Source: Coniocarpon cinnabarinum (Eukaryota). Taken from it: DNA of 61,663 bases. The notes under the pieces are model-generated. The model was not told the origin of the DNA. It did no database searches and saw only the letters and a list, made by a program, of their open reading frames with translations. Shown here one piece after another: positions 1 through 12,028 of the stretch. Location: contig JAVECO010000054.1 in the NCBI GenBank assembly GCA_051942205.1, forward strand, positions 62,001 to 123,663, in the 5' to 3' direction. Each line of letters opens with the position of its first letter. The stretch's first letter is position 1. Made by a program: the position numbers and the translations under genes.

Positions 1-2808
1 CGAGGCCTGCAGTTGCACCAGTCAAGTCGAGACGGAGGAGTGCCCGATGGAGGATAGAGGCGAGAGGGAGCGACCGTTAAGCAGCAGAACGATCATACTG
101 TAGCGGCGGTGGAGCCAATGAGGGCGAGGGACAGCCGCAGGTGCAGGCGAGGGGAAGAGGGAAAGGGAAGTGATTGCCATGTGAGGCGAGGTGCTACGTT
201 GGAAGCATCCGCCTGGACCAGACACGACCGCGGCGCCGGCGACGAAGAAGGAGAATCGAATGCAAGGCGGGTAGCAGCACGTGTGGGCAGGGATGTGTGC
301 TGATTGATGGAGCAGGTCGACAGACAGAGACCAGCAATCACCGCAAGCCTTGGCTAGCCGTGGACGATGAACGTTAAGGCGAGACCATCTTGGACAAGTG
401 ACTGCTGCAGTGGCGCAAAGAAGATGCAGGAACTGAAGTCCGGGAGCGCTGATTGCCCGAAGGGGAGATGGAGGAGCTCTGGGATGGTGAGGGCGTGGTC
501 TTGGCGGAGAATTTCAGAATTTCCTCAAGCACGTGGGCTCTTGATTGGCTGACAACCTCTCTTTCCTCCCCTTGCCTATATCCTCACCACCACCACACCC
601 CAACATCCCTGCGCCTTCTAGAATCATGTCAGCTCGCACGTGCCTCGCATCCACTGGAGCCACAGACCGCTTTGCAACCCGGCTGAAATGGTCAACATCT
701 CTCGCTCGTCCACTCTCGTCTACCCAGCCAGAGTGGAGGCGCCGTTGTCCTCAAGAGTCCTCGATTGTGTCCAAAATTTGTCAAACTCCCACAGCTTTAA
801 CGAGGAAACTTCTCGGCTGCGGAGTAAGGTGATGGTGCCAGGCGGCGTGATGCCTCTTGCTTGCGGCTAGATCGATCACCGGTTGGCAGCAAGGAGACGC
901 CGTCCATGTTCGATCGATTCATCTCAGCTCGTGAGAAAGTGCCGTGGAGCGACGCGAGTAGTGATGACCATTGGACTTACGCGTTCGCTGACGCCCTTGC
1001 AACTTAGCTGGCTTCACCTATGCGTTGGTCCTTTTCTTCTGCATTCGTCGACCTTGACTGTACTCCACAGTACCCTCGATGATTCAATGCTGAGATCCCG
1101 ACGTCAGGCCCACAGAAAGGTAGCGCTTAGTACGTGGTGGGAAGAGCGCATGCAAATGTCTGGGGGAAGAGCCCCAGACATTAGGAAACCTCAAGTCCGC
1201 CAGCCGTGCTCACTTAGCAAAAGCAACAAGTAACCAACTGGACACCGAGTGCCCACTGACAGATGTCGCTATCCATGATCCCTGACATTAATCACGGGCT
1301 GATCCGCTGACAGTGCCTGCAACATGTGCGTCAGGGTGCTTGCCAACCCTGGCAACCATGCATTGGGTCCCACAAGAGTCCCACTTCGGACGCCCCTGTT
1401 CTGCAACCTCGCCTCAAATAATAATATGCTGCCCGCAATAATCTTGCTATTAACACGAAAGCTGCATTGATCTGCCTACGCCCTACCTTTCACGTTGATG
1501 TCCGTCGAGAATTCTTTTTGCACCGTTTCAGAGGCATAAGGGACATCCCTAGGACCCATCAAATCTGCTCGCACGAGTCACCGTATACCTTGTAGTCGTG
1601 ACACTCGGTCTTTGTCCTTTTCAGCGAATGTGCGCGCAGCATGGTTCTGATTTCATTTCCTCGCTTTCGCCGGCGCTGAATATTCCTCCGTCAATCCTGA
1701 ACAATCGTGCATACGCTCAAAGCTCGGAAGTTGAGACACGGCGGCGTGATTTGACAAGCTTCTGGTCGTTGGACCAACGTTTGAGATATCGGCATTGTCA
1801 TCAAGAAAGGCTTTGCGAATTTTCTTCCTCTGCCACTCACCCATCAATATTCTCGAGAGGGGTAAGGCTCTGCGGTGAACCAAAGCGAATCAAGCTTGAG
1901 CTTCAGTACTGGGAATTTCGAGGGAGCAAAACATTGTCGATCTTGATGTATGACTTTAAGTTTGTTTTTGTTGGACAAAATTTCGTGGAGAGACTGTGTT
2001 GCGTGTCTTTCTCTTAGCAAGAGCAACGTTGTATCAACAAATAGCAACGAGTCGCCGTGAAAAGCGCCGACCATGAAGTTGACATCTACAAATGAGACTC
2101 GACAAATAGGTGATCGATTCCAAGGTGCTATGTTTACAGCCAGATTCGACTGCGAATGCCAGCAAAGACGCTCACTTTCTGCGTCACATAAATACGATTA
2201 CGCCACTGTGAGCCTGACTTGTGTATCAGTCAAAGAGGTCAAGAGCATGGGCTTACCTCGAGCCCGTTCTGATGAATTTGCGCTTCTCAGACTGACGTGA
2301 ATACTGACATGTTGATGAAAGTCGTACTCAAATAGAGCTCTCCCCTGAGTTGTGGAAATTGGTCGATATCATGTCTCCTGTAGTATAGCGTTGCTGGTTC
2401 CCTCACTGCGGCTGAAGAATGCAACGTTCTGTGTCCTGCGCTGTCTTGATGGGTAATATGTCATTCTGTGATAAGTATCAGGACATTTGGTGTGAGACAG
2501 GCATGTCGTTGTCTAGGCTGGATACATGCCTCGGTTGCAGCCTCTCAAACCAGCAAGGCCGCGAATAGGAAGGACGAGTGAGACATGGTCGAGAACGTAG
2601 TAGTCGATGCGTCTCAAACGGGAACCGGCTCCCAATCACATTAGATTTGACAGGTATCACCTCGCCAGGCCAGTGTGATAGTCTTTGCTATCTTGGTGGT
2701 CAGACACAGCTCGCGCCTGTTGAGCAGTCACTGAAGCTTTTCCCATGCGTCTATGTCTCAAGTATCTTACAGGCAGCGGGGGTTAAACAGAACACGGTGT
2801 CAAACCCT

Positions 2809-4547
2809 TCACTCTTCCATCATCGGTCCTCCACCACCGCCACCACCACCTTGCTGCGCCTTCTTTGCGCTGCAGATATCGTCCACTCGCAGCAGCAAAC
2901 ACGCACTCTCCACCGCCGTCTTCAAGCTCTGGATCTTGACCTCTTGCGGCTCCCACACGCCATATTTGTTCATGTCCACAATGGTGCCCTTGTCTCCATC
3001 AATCCCCCAGCTGCTGCCGCCCTCCGCATGCTTCGCCCGCAGTTGTGTCAACACACGCACAGGACTCGCGCCTGCGTTTTGAATCAGCACCCTCGGAATC
3101 ACTTCCATGGCCTCGCCCACGGCGCGGTATGGCCACTGCGCCACACCCTCCACTTCACGCCCTTTCTGAGCCAATGACACCGCGACCGCCATTTCCGTGG
3201 CGCCGCCACCTGGCGACAGACGCGGATGGAATATGACGTTCCGTGCCACGCCCATGGCATCATGCAAGTTGCGCTCAATCTCGTTCAGAATATCCTTGCT
3301 CGGTCCTCGCAGCAGAATGGTGCATGCTTTGGGATTCTTGCACTTGGTCAAAAAGGTGAAGTATTCGTCGCCGAGCTTGTCAATCTCGAAGATGCCACAG
3401 CCGGTCCCGACGTCAGAGGGTTGGATGTCGTCCACGCGGTTGACGATGGTAGCGCCAACGGCACGTGCGATGCGGTTGTTCTCGGATTTCTTGACGCGGC
3501 GGAGCGCAGTGACGTTGCCCTTCATGAGGAAATGCTGCGCGATGTCTGAAACGCCTTTTTCGGTGATGACGAGATCGGGCTTATGTTTAAGGATCTGCTC
3601 ACACATGTGCTTGACTTGCTCCTCTTCTATTTGTAATATGCGATCGAAATGCTCTTCGTTGGATACTTCGATGGCAGTCTGTGATTCGCCCTTCTTGTAC
3701 TCCAGTGTGCAGTCCAAGAGAATGATTCGTGGGTTCTCGATTCGCCTACGCATGCGGGGATGTGTGATGTCCTTGTTGAGCATGACACCGTCAAGCACTC
3801 TCGACTCTTCAATCTGACCGCCCGGTATCTTCTCTACTCGTGCATATCGCTTCACATCTACATCTTGTCTACTCGCTCCGGCTTCATGCGCGACGGTCCG
3901 AATGGCGCGGAGAGCCAAGCCGCACATGAGATCTGACCATCGCGAGACGAATTTGGTACCAATGGAGGAAGAGATTAGGTTGATCATGGCCTTGTCATCT
4001 TTGACGTCGATCGTTTTGGAAACGTCTTCAATGACTGCTAGTGCGTCGTTGAGGGCTCGTTTGAAAGCAGATATTATTACCACCGGATGAATGCTTCGCT
4101 CGAGCTGTGGTAACGCCTGCGCCAAGATCTCGCCCGCCAGTATGATCACGGTCGTCGTGCCATCACCTACTTCTTCGTCTTGTGTTCTGGCAAGCTCAAT
4201 CATTGATTTTGCAGCAGGGTGACCAACTTCGATTTCGCGCAGAATCGCGTGTCCGTCATTCGTGAGGACGATGCCGCCCATGGGGTCTAGTAGCATCTTG
4301 AGCATTGCCTTGGGACCGAGACATGACCGCACAATGTCGGCGACACTGCATTTATTACAGGTAAGCTCATGGACCGCGCACATAGCGGAGCTCTCATCTA
4401 CTTACGTTTTTGCAGCGGTGATATTGGACAGTTGCGCCTTTCTTCCGAGCTGTCTCTCGCCGCTCTGAGCATCTGATCTTCATCAGTAATGGCGATTGTG
4501 GAGGTCCTTGGTGAAAGCATACTCATAACTACCACTGGAGCTTGCAT
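2809..4547 (-). CDS. CCT3: T-complex protein 1 gamma subunit (CCT/TRiC chaperonin); two short 5' introns
   Basis: Spliced N-terminus MQAPVVVM|NAQSGERQLGRKAQLSNITAAKT|VADIVRSCLGPKAMLKMLLDPMGG; motifs TNDG, GDGTTT, GGGATE; YKKGESQT typical of the gamma subunit. Confidence 0.97.
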
Positions 4548-5003
4548 ATTGACGGCCAAACTGCAGGTGCGACAGCACACTGACAAATCTCGAAGTGCGT
4601 TATGAAATTCGAGTAAAGCGGCGTTTCGCCAAAATTTCAGCAATTGAGCTTCACGCGTTGGAACCTGGAGCTCGGATGGGTGGCTGGTGCATGTGGCGCA
4701 TGAGTTTTCAAGAGGATCAGGCAACCGCACGTGACATGGCGTTTGCTTAATCTAAAGCTTGCTAGTAGCACAGCTTTCCTACAGCGTTAGTGCTGCACTG
4801 TAACAACAGATTTTCCGCGCCTATCAAGGCGATACCGCATCAAACACGAGAAATTGTTTGACTCATTCTCGCTGTACAAACGCTCATGAGTTCTGGAGCA
4901 CCGTCTGTCGCGTGTAAAAGATCTCGTGATCCAGCCTCCTCTTAAAGCGCAAAGCGGCATTATTTATACATGAACTCGTACATCCAATCAAGCCTGAATC
5001 CTG

Positions 5004-6261
5004 TCATCGCGCTCGAGCAATCCCTGCTTCTGCACTGCCAATCTCATTCTCGACTGTTCTTCTCCCCGTTCCATGCTCCATGCTCCTCAATTCGAAGCTT
5101 CCTTTGCTTGGGGTACTGAGTTTTGCGTAGTCGTCTCTTGGTCGGTCGATGCCACTATCCAAAACGCTAAATCCTGAATATCTCTTCTTTTTTCTTCCTG
5201 TACCACTGGACAGTCCCTCTTCGGCAGAAGCTCCAAAAGGCACTGCACTATTGCGGTGACCGGCGCTCCTTCCAGACTGATCGTACGCTGAAGTGCCCAA
5301 TCCTCCGCGGGAGAAGAGCGGACGAAGGAAAGGCAAGCATGCAGAGATGATACCGACTGAAGGCTCGATGATGGTCCAGGTACATGGAGCAACGATGGCA
5401 CTCGTCAGGTTGGTCGCGCCCACTTGGCCGATCGTGGTAATGCGCAGAATCGAGGCAATACAGACGCTGCCAGGACAGTCAGAAATCGTTGAGCGTTCTC
5501 ATGGTGGGTCGCAAAACTCACAAGAACCCAAGTGCGAATGAGCCCACAGCTAGTCTTCTCTGCAGGCTTGAGATCTGCAGTCGCCAAAGCGGAACGGCGG
5601 GCATGGTCAAGATGATGACATCAATGAGGATGTTGGAGATGGCGTTGGAGTACGCATATTTGGTGAGATCGAGGCAATGCTCCGGTCCTGGGTTCTCCCA
5701 AAACGTGTAAGTGGGACGACATTGGCAGATGACGAAGATGAGCATCGAGAGGGACCACAGAACCGTGATCGTCGCGACAGCGAAACTCGCATAGCGAAAG
5801 TATGTGAAGGCTCCGAAGATGCGATTATAGCTGAGAAGGATGGAAAGTTTGATGGGAAGTGGCACAATAGTGTAAGTGACTTGATTCGCAAAGAAGTTCT
5901 AAGACAAGCGCATCAGTCACTTGCTGTGTGAGGCCAGATGATGATGTTGCGCTTACTTTGAAGAATATCACAATCTCGGGTGGCTTCAATGTCTCCATGG
6001 ACCGTCCTTCAAACCCGGTCTCGACCCCTACAAGCCAGTATCAGTAACGAACAGCGTCAGAGCTATTCAAGGTGTTCTAGACCTACAGACAACATCTTCG
6101 ATAGCTAGTACCCAGGTGAGGATGAGTCCAACGATGATGAGGTAGTCGTCATTTCCGATGGTTCGTCGACGATTCTTCGCCCACAGTCGCAAGCCAATAA
6201 AGACCGCGGCGGCCACACTCAAGACGATGCTGATAACGATTTGGGCGTGCGCTCCATCCAT
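5004..6261 (-). CDS. PTH11-like integral membrane protein (fungal rhodopsin domain, no CFEM); 3 introns
   Basis: Hydrophobic exons joined by GT-AG introns; motifs LRL..K....G.DDYLI, IKLSILLSY.RIF, QCRP...FW, N.LIDVIIL.MP...LW.LQ, WT.IEP.VGII.ACLP.LRPLF. Confidence 0.88.
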
Positions 6262-7759
6262 TGATGCGGACTTTTGGTGAGCAAGACCGCTCAGTCGCAG
6301 ACAGCATCAACAACAATAAAAGTCAACCACAGTGAAAAGGAGATTGCAAGTGAACAGAGCATGTGAGTAGGTGGTTGATGCATGAATCGGAGCTTCAACG
6401 GAGCGCGATGAGAGTCATTTCAGCACGTGGTGGGCGGCCGGGAGGTATTCTGGTCTTTTTTTCTTAGCATGACGGCAACATTTCTGGAGCGTTAGGGATC
6501 CTTTAGGAATCTGAAGGCAGTCTACGACGGCAGTAGTGGCACACTTGACACACTTCACACAGGACAAGGGGTTTAGGAGTCCACGGAGCTAGGCAGGGAG
6601 CCAAGGACGGTCAATCCTATCCGAGGTGCAGCAGCAGAGAGGCTAAAGACAGGAGGGCATTGTGCCCCAAGGGAGATGTTGCATGGACCGGCCGAAACAA
6701 GCAGGACGGTGGGCAAAGGACGAGGAGTGCAAAGGTACAAAGGATACGCAAGGCGTTGACCATGGCGAATGGCGTCGATGGTGGCCGAAGAATTGCAGAT
6801 GGTGACGGAAATCCTGAGAGAAGGGCGACAGTACGCCGTGGAGAAGGATGCGGATGGAGGAGGGAGGGGCGTGCTGGGCCGCACCTGACATGCATAAGCG
6901 CAGCGGGCATTTGCACGCCGGTGTGTCATTGGTGAGGCATGACGGGGGTGGCCGGGCTCTTGAGGGAGCCTGTGGTGCAGTACGCCGAGGAAGAGGGAGA
7001 CAGAGGCGAGTGACGAGAAGGATAGCTGATACCTAGCCCAGTAGTCACGGTAGTCGTTGAGTGCCGGCAAGGGGCCGAGGGCGCATCTCAGGTACGGTGG
7101 CACCCTCGTCTGTGTCTGGTGGCCAGTGCTGGGGTGGCATGTGCTGGGCAGCGAGGCGGACGAGGCGCTGATTGGTCGATCGGGGCACTCTGGGGCTGGA
7201 CGAGCACGACGAGGACCACGGGTCAGGGGAGCGGTGACGGGCCCGAGCGCCCGCCACCCGCAAACGCACGCCCAACCCGCCGGTTCCACTCTGCCGGGCG
7301 GTTTGCCCCTGGTCGACAAATGTGACGCCACGATCCAGTCCCGCTTGCTGTCGTGCTGTCTATCCCTATCCCGCTTGCTGCGACACGGCGATACCTCCAA
7401 GCCACGAAGGATTCAGCCTTTCTCGCCAAACGCTTCCCTCACCCAACGCGTCAGTTCATTCTTTTCACACCTGCCGAACACGCGCGTATTCTTGACTCAT
7501 TCGCTGCAAGTCATTGTGTCGCGCTCCAGCTCGATGCATTGCGACGAGTGTACCACGCTCGCCCGTCAAGTTACTGATAAATTCTCAATTGCAAGCCTCC
7601 CGTCGCTGAGAGATACCTACCCCAGGCTAAAGTCTAAGCTAAGCTAAGTGGCTTTTCTAGCGCTGCTTTCATACGTTGTGATGATCAACAACCAGATGGT
7701 CGTAAGCTCGCGACGAACCTAACTCAACGCCCTGACCAGTGCATGTGCCCCGACCGTTG

Positions 7760-10700
7760 TCATCCTACTGCAGACTGACGATTGTCGCCGGCTGTCGGCC
7801 GAAGCACATCCTCCAAGCTCGGCATTGCGCTTGAGGTCTGCTCTTTTGATGTGTTCAGCATTGCTTGAAGACGGTCGATGAGGTCACCGCCTTTTCGGGT
7901 CCCTTGCCAGTATGCCAGTAATTCACGTACTGTTCTCTCCAGAGGTCTGGCTGCTCCGACGCTGATGATGCGGTTGGTGCCGCCGAGGTTGACATTCGAC
8001 TTCTGCACAGTATCCTTTGTGTATGAACGCGCATTCTTGATGACTACGATCGCATCGTAAATGGCCCTGAGGAGCAGCAAGGGTGAGTAATGCGTCTCAC
8101 GCAGAAATAGTACTTCTAGCTCGGCTTCAAAACCGGCCACCGGAGGATTCAGCGCATGCAGGATGAAATCTCGCGACTTGAGAAAACTGCGCTCTGCGTA
8201 TGCAGCGGAGGGGATCCTGTACTCCCGACTGCCTTCTCTAGCTTCAAACCCGGCTTCGTTGTAGTACGGGTCCCGCACGAGTACAAGGCCCAAGAGGCTG
8301 ACAAGTACTTGCAACAATGTTGCCTGGGGACGCCATGTCTCGCTTGGGTCATTACCTGACCATGTTCCAAGCAAGCTCAAACAGATCTTGCCGTTCTCAT
8401 ACAGGTTCTCCATGTCAAAGTCAGCGCATGTCATTTCGATCTTCGTCAAGCAATCAAATTGGATACTTACGGGATTTACCGGCCCAGTACCTTTCGTCCA
8501 TGAGTGAAAGAAGAGCTGAGGTGGACGCATCGGATAGGATTCGCCTAGGAATACATCGATCAGAAATGGCGCGTACTCATAGGGGGTCTCCAAAGGCCCA
8601 AGGATTAGAATCCGGAGCAGATGCAGCGATGACTCCCATGTTCTCACGAATATTCCAGAAGGTAGGGATGATCTCAGAATACTGTGCTCCTTTTGGATGC
8701 GTTTTAGGAGTCGCCCATTGGTTGAGGTGACCTTTTCACTCTTGTAGTGGTGGTCATCGGGCACGTCCCCTTCTAAAACCTTGAAGCCGTCCAATGGATC
8801 GTCAGAGCCTTGACGAGCTGGCGACTTCGCGAGCAGCGCCTCATAGGATAGTTCACCTCTGTACGACTTGATATCATCGACACTCTTTGCCGGTGCAGGG
8901 GCGTCTTGCATGGCTTCATCTACTTCCATTTCCTGCGACTCATCTTCTTCCGTCAACCACTCTCGGCTCTCCGCCTCTGTATCATCGATGTTGTGACCCT
9001 GCTCATCTGTCCATGTAGTCGGTGTGGCTCTGAAGTTTCCCAGAGCGTCGGATGCGAAGGCAATACCATCATCTTCCATTGAATCGTCCTCATCGCCATC
9101 ATCCGATTCCTCGTCGTCTTCATCAGTCGACGAAAGGTCACTGGAATATGCCATCAAAGTGCATTCCCAGGGAATAGAAACATCTTCGCTTATCCGGGAA
9201 CCGCCAAGGTGGAGCCTGATGAGGCCATCATTTCGTAGTTCAACAACTTCACCAACTTGGCCCCATACCTGGTCAGCTTCGAGTACCGCTTACAGTTTCA
9301 CTGCCAAAAACTTACACCACTCTTGGCTTTCAGACGACTGTTCGAGGCAGTCTCTGACAGCCCGGTATCGAGGATAGAGCTTCCATGCTGACAAATCATC
9401 GTTGGCGTCTCCAAAGGGTGGAATGATGACCAAGAGGTCTCCCAACCTTCTTGGAAAGCCTGGGTCCACCCATATATCGTAGAGACTCACTTCTTCCACT
9501 TCTGAACTCAGTTCACCCGTCCACGAGCCTGGGATCAATGACTGTTCGTCACCGTCAATGAAGGAGACTGTTCCTTCAAACCACTTGACAGCAGCCAGAC
9601 GATCTCTTGCTTTAACAGACTGAACGATTCCTGCCTTTTCGGGAGTGCGAACACCATCAGCCTGCTTAGCCGCTCGGGTCGAGATAAGCTCCCCCGGCCA
9701 TACATCATCATCATCACCAAAATCCATGATTGGAGTCAGATCAACACTGAAATGTTGTGAAATGGAGCCGTCTTGCCAACGAACTTCGACGTGTGTCGAT
9801 GTTGAAAGAACAGTGTAGACGTTAATGTCATACCTGCATGGAAGTCAATCAGTCGTCAAGGCTCACAAAGCATACGTGTAATATTCAGGAATCAATCGCT
9901 CGTGCAAGGGACCCAGGTTCCAGGTACTCGGAACTCAATTGACAGCGGGACGAGTGACGGATGAATGAGCTGGTTACTTACCCTAATGTCTGTTGCCGAG
10001 GTATCCAGCAAAGCTCGTCGCCTCGTTTTGTAAGCAAGTTGCTCGGAGTACGTAGCCGTACCTTATCTCCAACGACAGTGTCTAAACCACTCCACGGTGT
10101 TCTGTGTTGTGAGCCATACAATGAAGCAGCTTCGAGCTCGCTTGATTCAAGCAAAGAAGATGGCATTTCCGGATCTGCCTCGTGATTGGGGTTGCACGGT
10201 TTCGGCTGCAACCAGTCAATCTCGACAGAGTTCACTGTTACTTCTGCAACGCATCCAATTGGCGTCGTGTTCGGATTGTACTTTCCAAAGATGGCGCGCC
10301 CTTTACGAAGATTTGACTTCTTGACTTTGATGAGATCACCTACATGTATGTCGTCAACCGGTCGATCGTCAACAGTCAGTATCTGTCCATCGGCGTCTTC
10401 AAGTTCGATCACGGAGCCATCCGGAAGGCGAACCTTCACCAATTTCGTGAAGTCGATAACGCGGCCTAATCACGAGTCAGTCAGTAGGGAAACGAATTTG
10501 ACGTCAGCAGGAGTTTTAATAATTGTCAATGTTTGCTGTACCATCTTCATGGATCATGCATCTGAATAGAGTGCTAAGTAAAAATGTGTTCATGAAACAG
10601 AGGGATGAACCAGCATGCACTACATAGATGGAGCAAAGGTCGTGAACGACAATCGTAGCCGGATTTTATATCTACTCGTAGTGAGGGCGAAGTCGAGGCA

Positions 10701-11542
10701 ATGAGCCTCTAACGTAGAGATAAATTAGATTTCAAAGCTTTGAGCGTGACACCAAAAGCCCACGGAGCCCCACACAATACGAGATTGCGTTGTGACATGT
10801 ACTGTCATCTAACACCCCTATGATGTCTTTTTTGCAAAATAAATGATCTTGACGAATTCGAAGTCCCAATCAAATCATGAATGAAACTTAAGTCACTCAC
10901 CTATCCATCCATGGTAGAAGATGATTCGACCCTCGTCAATGTCAAGCGAATCAACAAGCTCAGTGACATCGACTCCAGAGATTTCCCGGGTGGGACGAGA
11001 GCTTGATTGCGAGATGCCGGACGATTTGGTGGGCCATCTTTGGGGTTCCAAGAGGTTTGCAGTAGCAGTGGCACTAATCACAGTGCCTGAGACTGGATCA
11101 TCGGGCCTTCTCCTGACAGCGTCGCCAATGCACAACTCTCGATCAATCAACTGAATTGCCCGCTCTTCGAGCAGCTCATAGGGGCGCTCTATCCCATGCT
11201 GCCAAAACACTAAGACAGTCCCATCCGGTACGACGCGGCTCTGCAAATACTGTTCAAGCTTTTGATTATCTATCGTGGAGTGACGAATGGCATCAACTTC
11301 CAGGGGGTCGAAAGGTCCACCCATGTAATTGTCAATATCGGCGTGAGTCTGAGCGACAAGCCCGGTTCTGTTTGGATTAGTCCTTAATCTACATGTATCT
11401 CCGGTATATGCGCCTAACACTAGTATGAGGATGAAACCAAATAATCGGAACAGAGGCGACAATGAATCAATGTAAACTTACGCTGGTGCTGGTCTATGTG
11501 AGTATCCACCATGGCTTCTGAAGCTGGGTCATAGCTGTGCAT
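7760..11542 (-). CDS. Large UBE2O-like ubiquitin-conjugating (E2/E3 hybrid) enzyme; 5 introns (~11414-11481, 10466-10900, 9834-9981, 9256-9315, 8408-8470)
   Basis: C-terminal UBC domain GPLETPYEYAPF...NP|NLYENGKICLSLLGTW...PYYNEAGF; upstream exons join in frame (GWIG|RVIDF, QQTLG|YDINV, V.WQDG, EW|FGEVV). Start codon uncertain (11542 or 11502). Confidence 0.9.
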
Positions 11543-12028
11543 AGCATTGGCGTTGCAGAGATCGTGCAGGTGAAGTTGCTTCGATTTACATCGCGCCTGA
11601 TTGCACTTGCTGATTTGAAGAAGACGATTTGCTTGTGATCATGATGGAACCAGTCGAAGGGATGACACGACGTTGTGTGCTGCACCCTGCCACGCTTAAC
11701 TTGATTTTTATAAGGTCACGTGCAAGAGGTTCATTATCAAGACTTGTTGTTGGACTCTGGGTTTAGGTAGTGAGCCCCTCCAACGAAATACTTTCAGGTC
11801 ACGAAGCAATGAATATGTTGGCAAAACGCCTCTGCAGCTCATGAGACGCTGAGTTTGGGGGCTATCAACAGGGTGCTGTGATCAGGAAGTCGAGAAAGCT
11901 TGTTGAGCATTCAGTCCCTGAGAGTGGCTCGAGTCCTCCACACACACTAGAGCAGCATAGCAGGATTTAAGCCCACAAACATACAAATCGGATGCTTCTC
12001 AGGCGTTGAAAGAATCCATTGAAACGCC

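Noticed and set aside
1541..1554. Reverse complement resembles the U14 snoRNA 3' end (TCCTAGGATGTCTGA)
   Set aside because: No box D, and no domain A or box C at the right distance
6573..7647. 275-aa and 196-aa ORFs upstream of the PTH11-like gene
   Set aside because: R/P/S-rich composition typical of chance ORFs in GC-rich promoter DNA; no motifs or splice support
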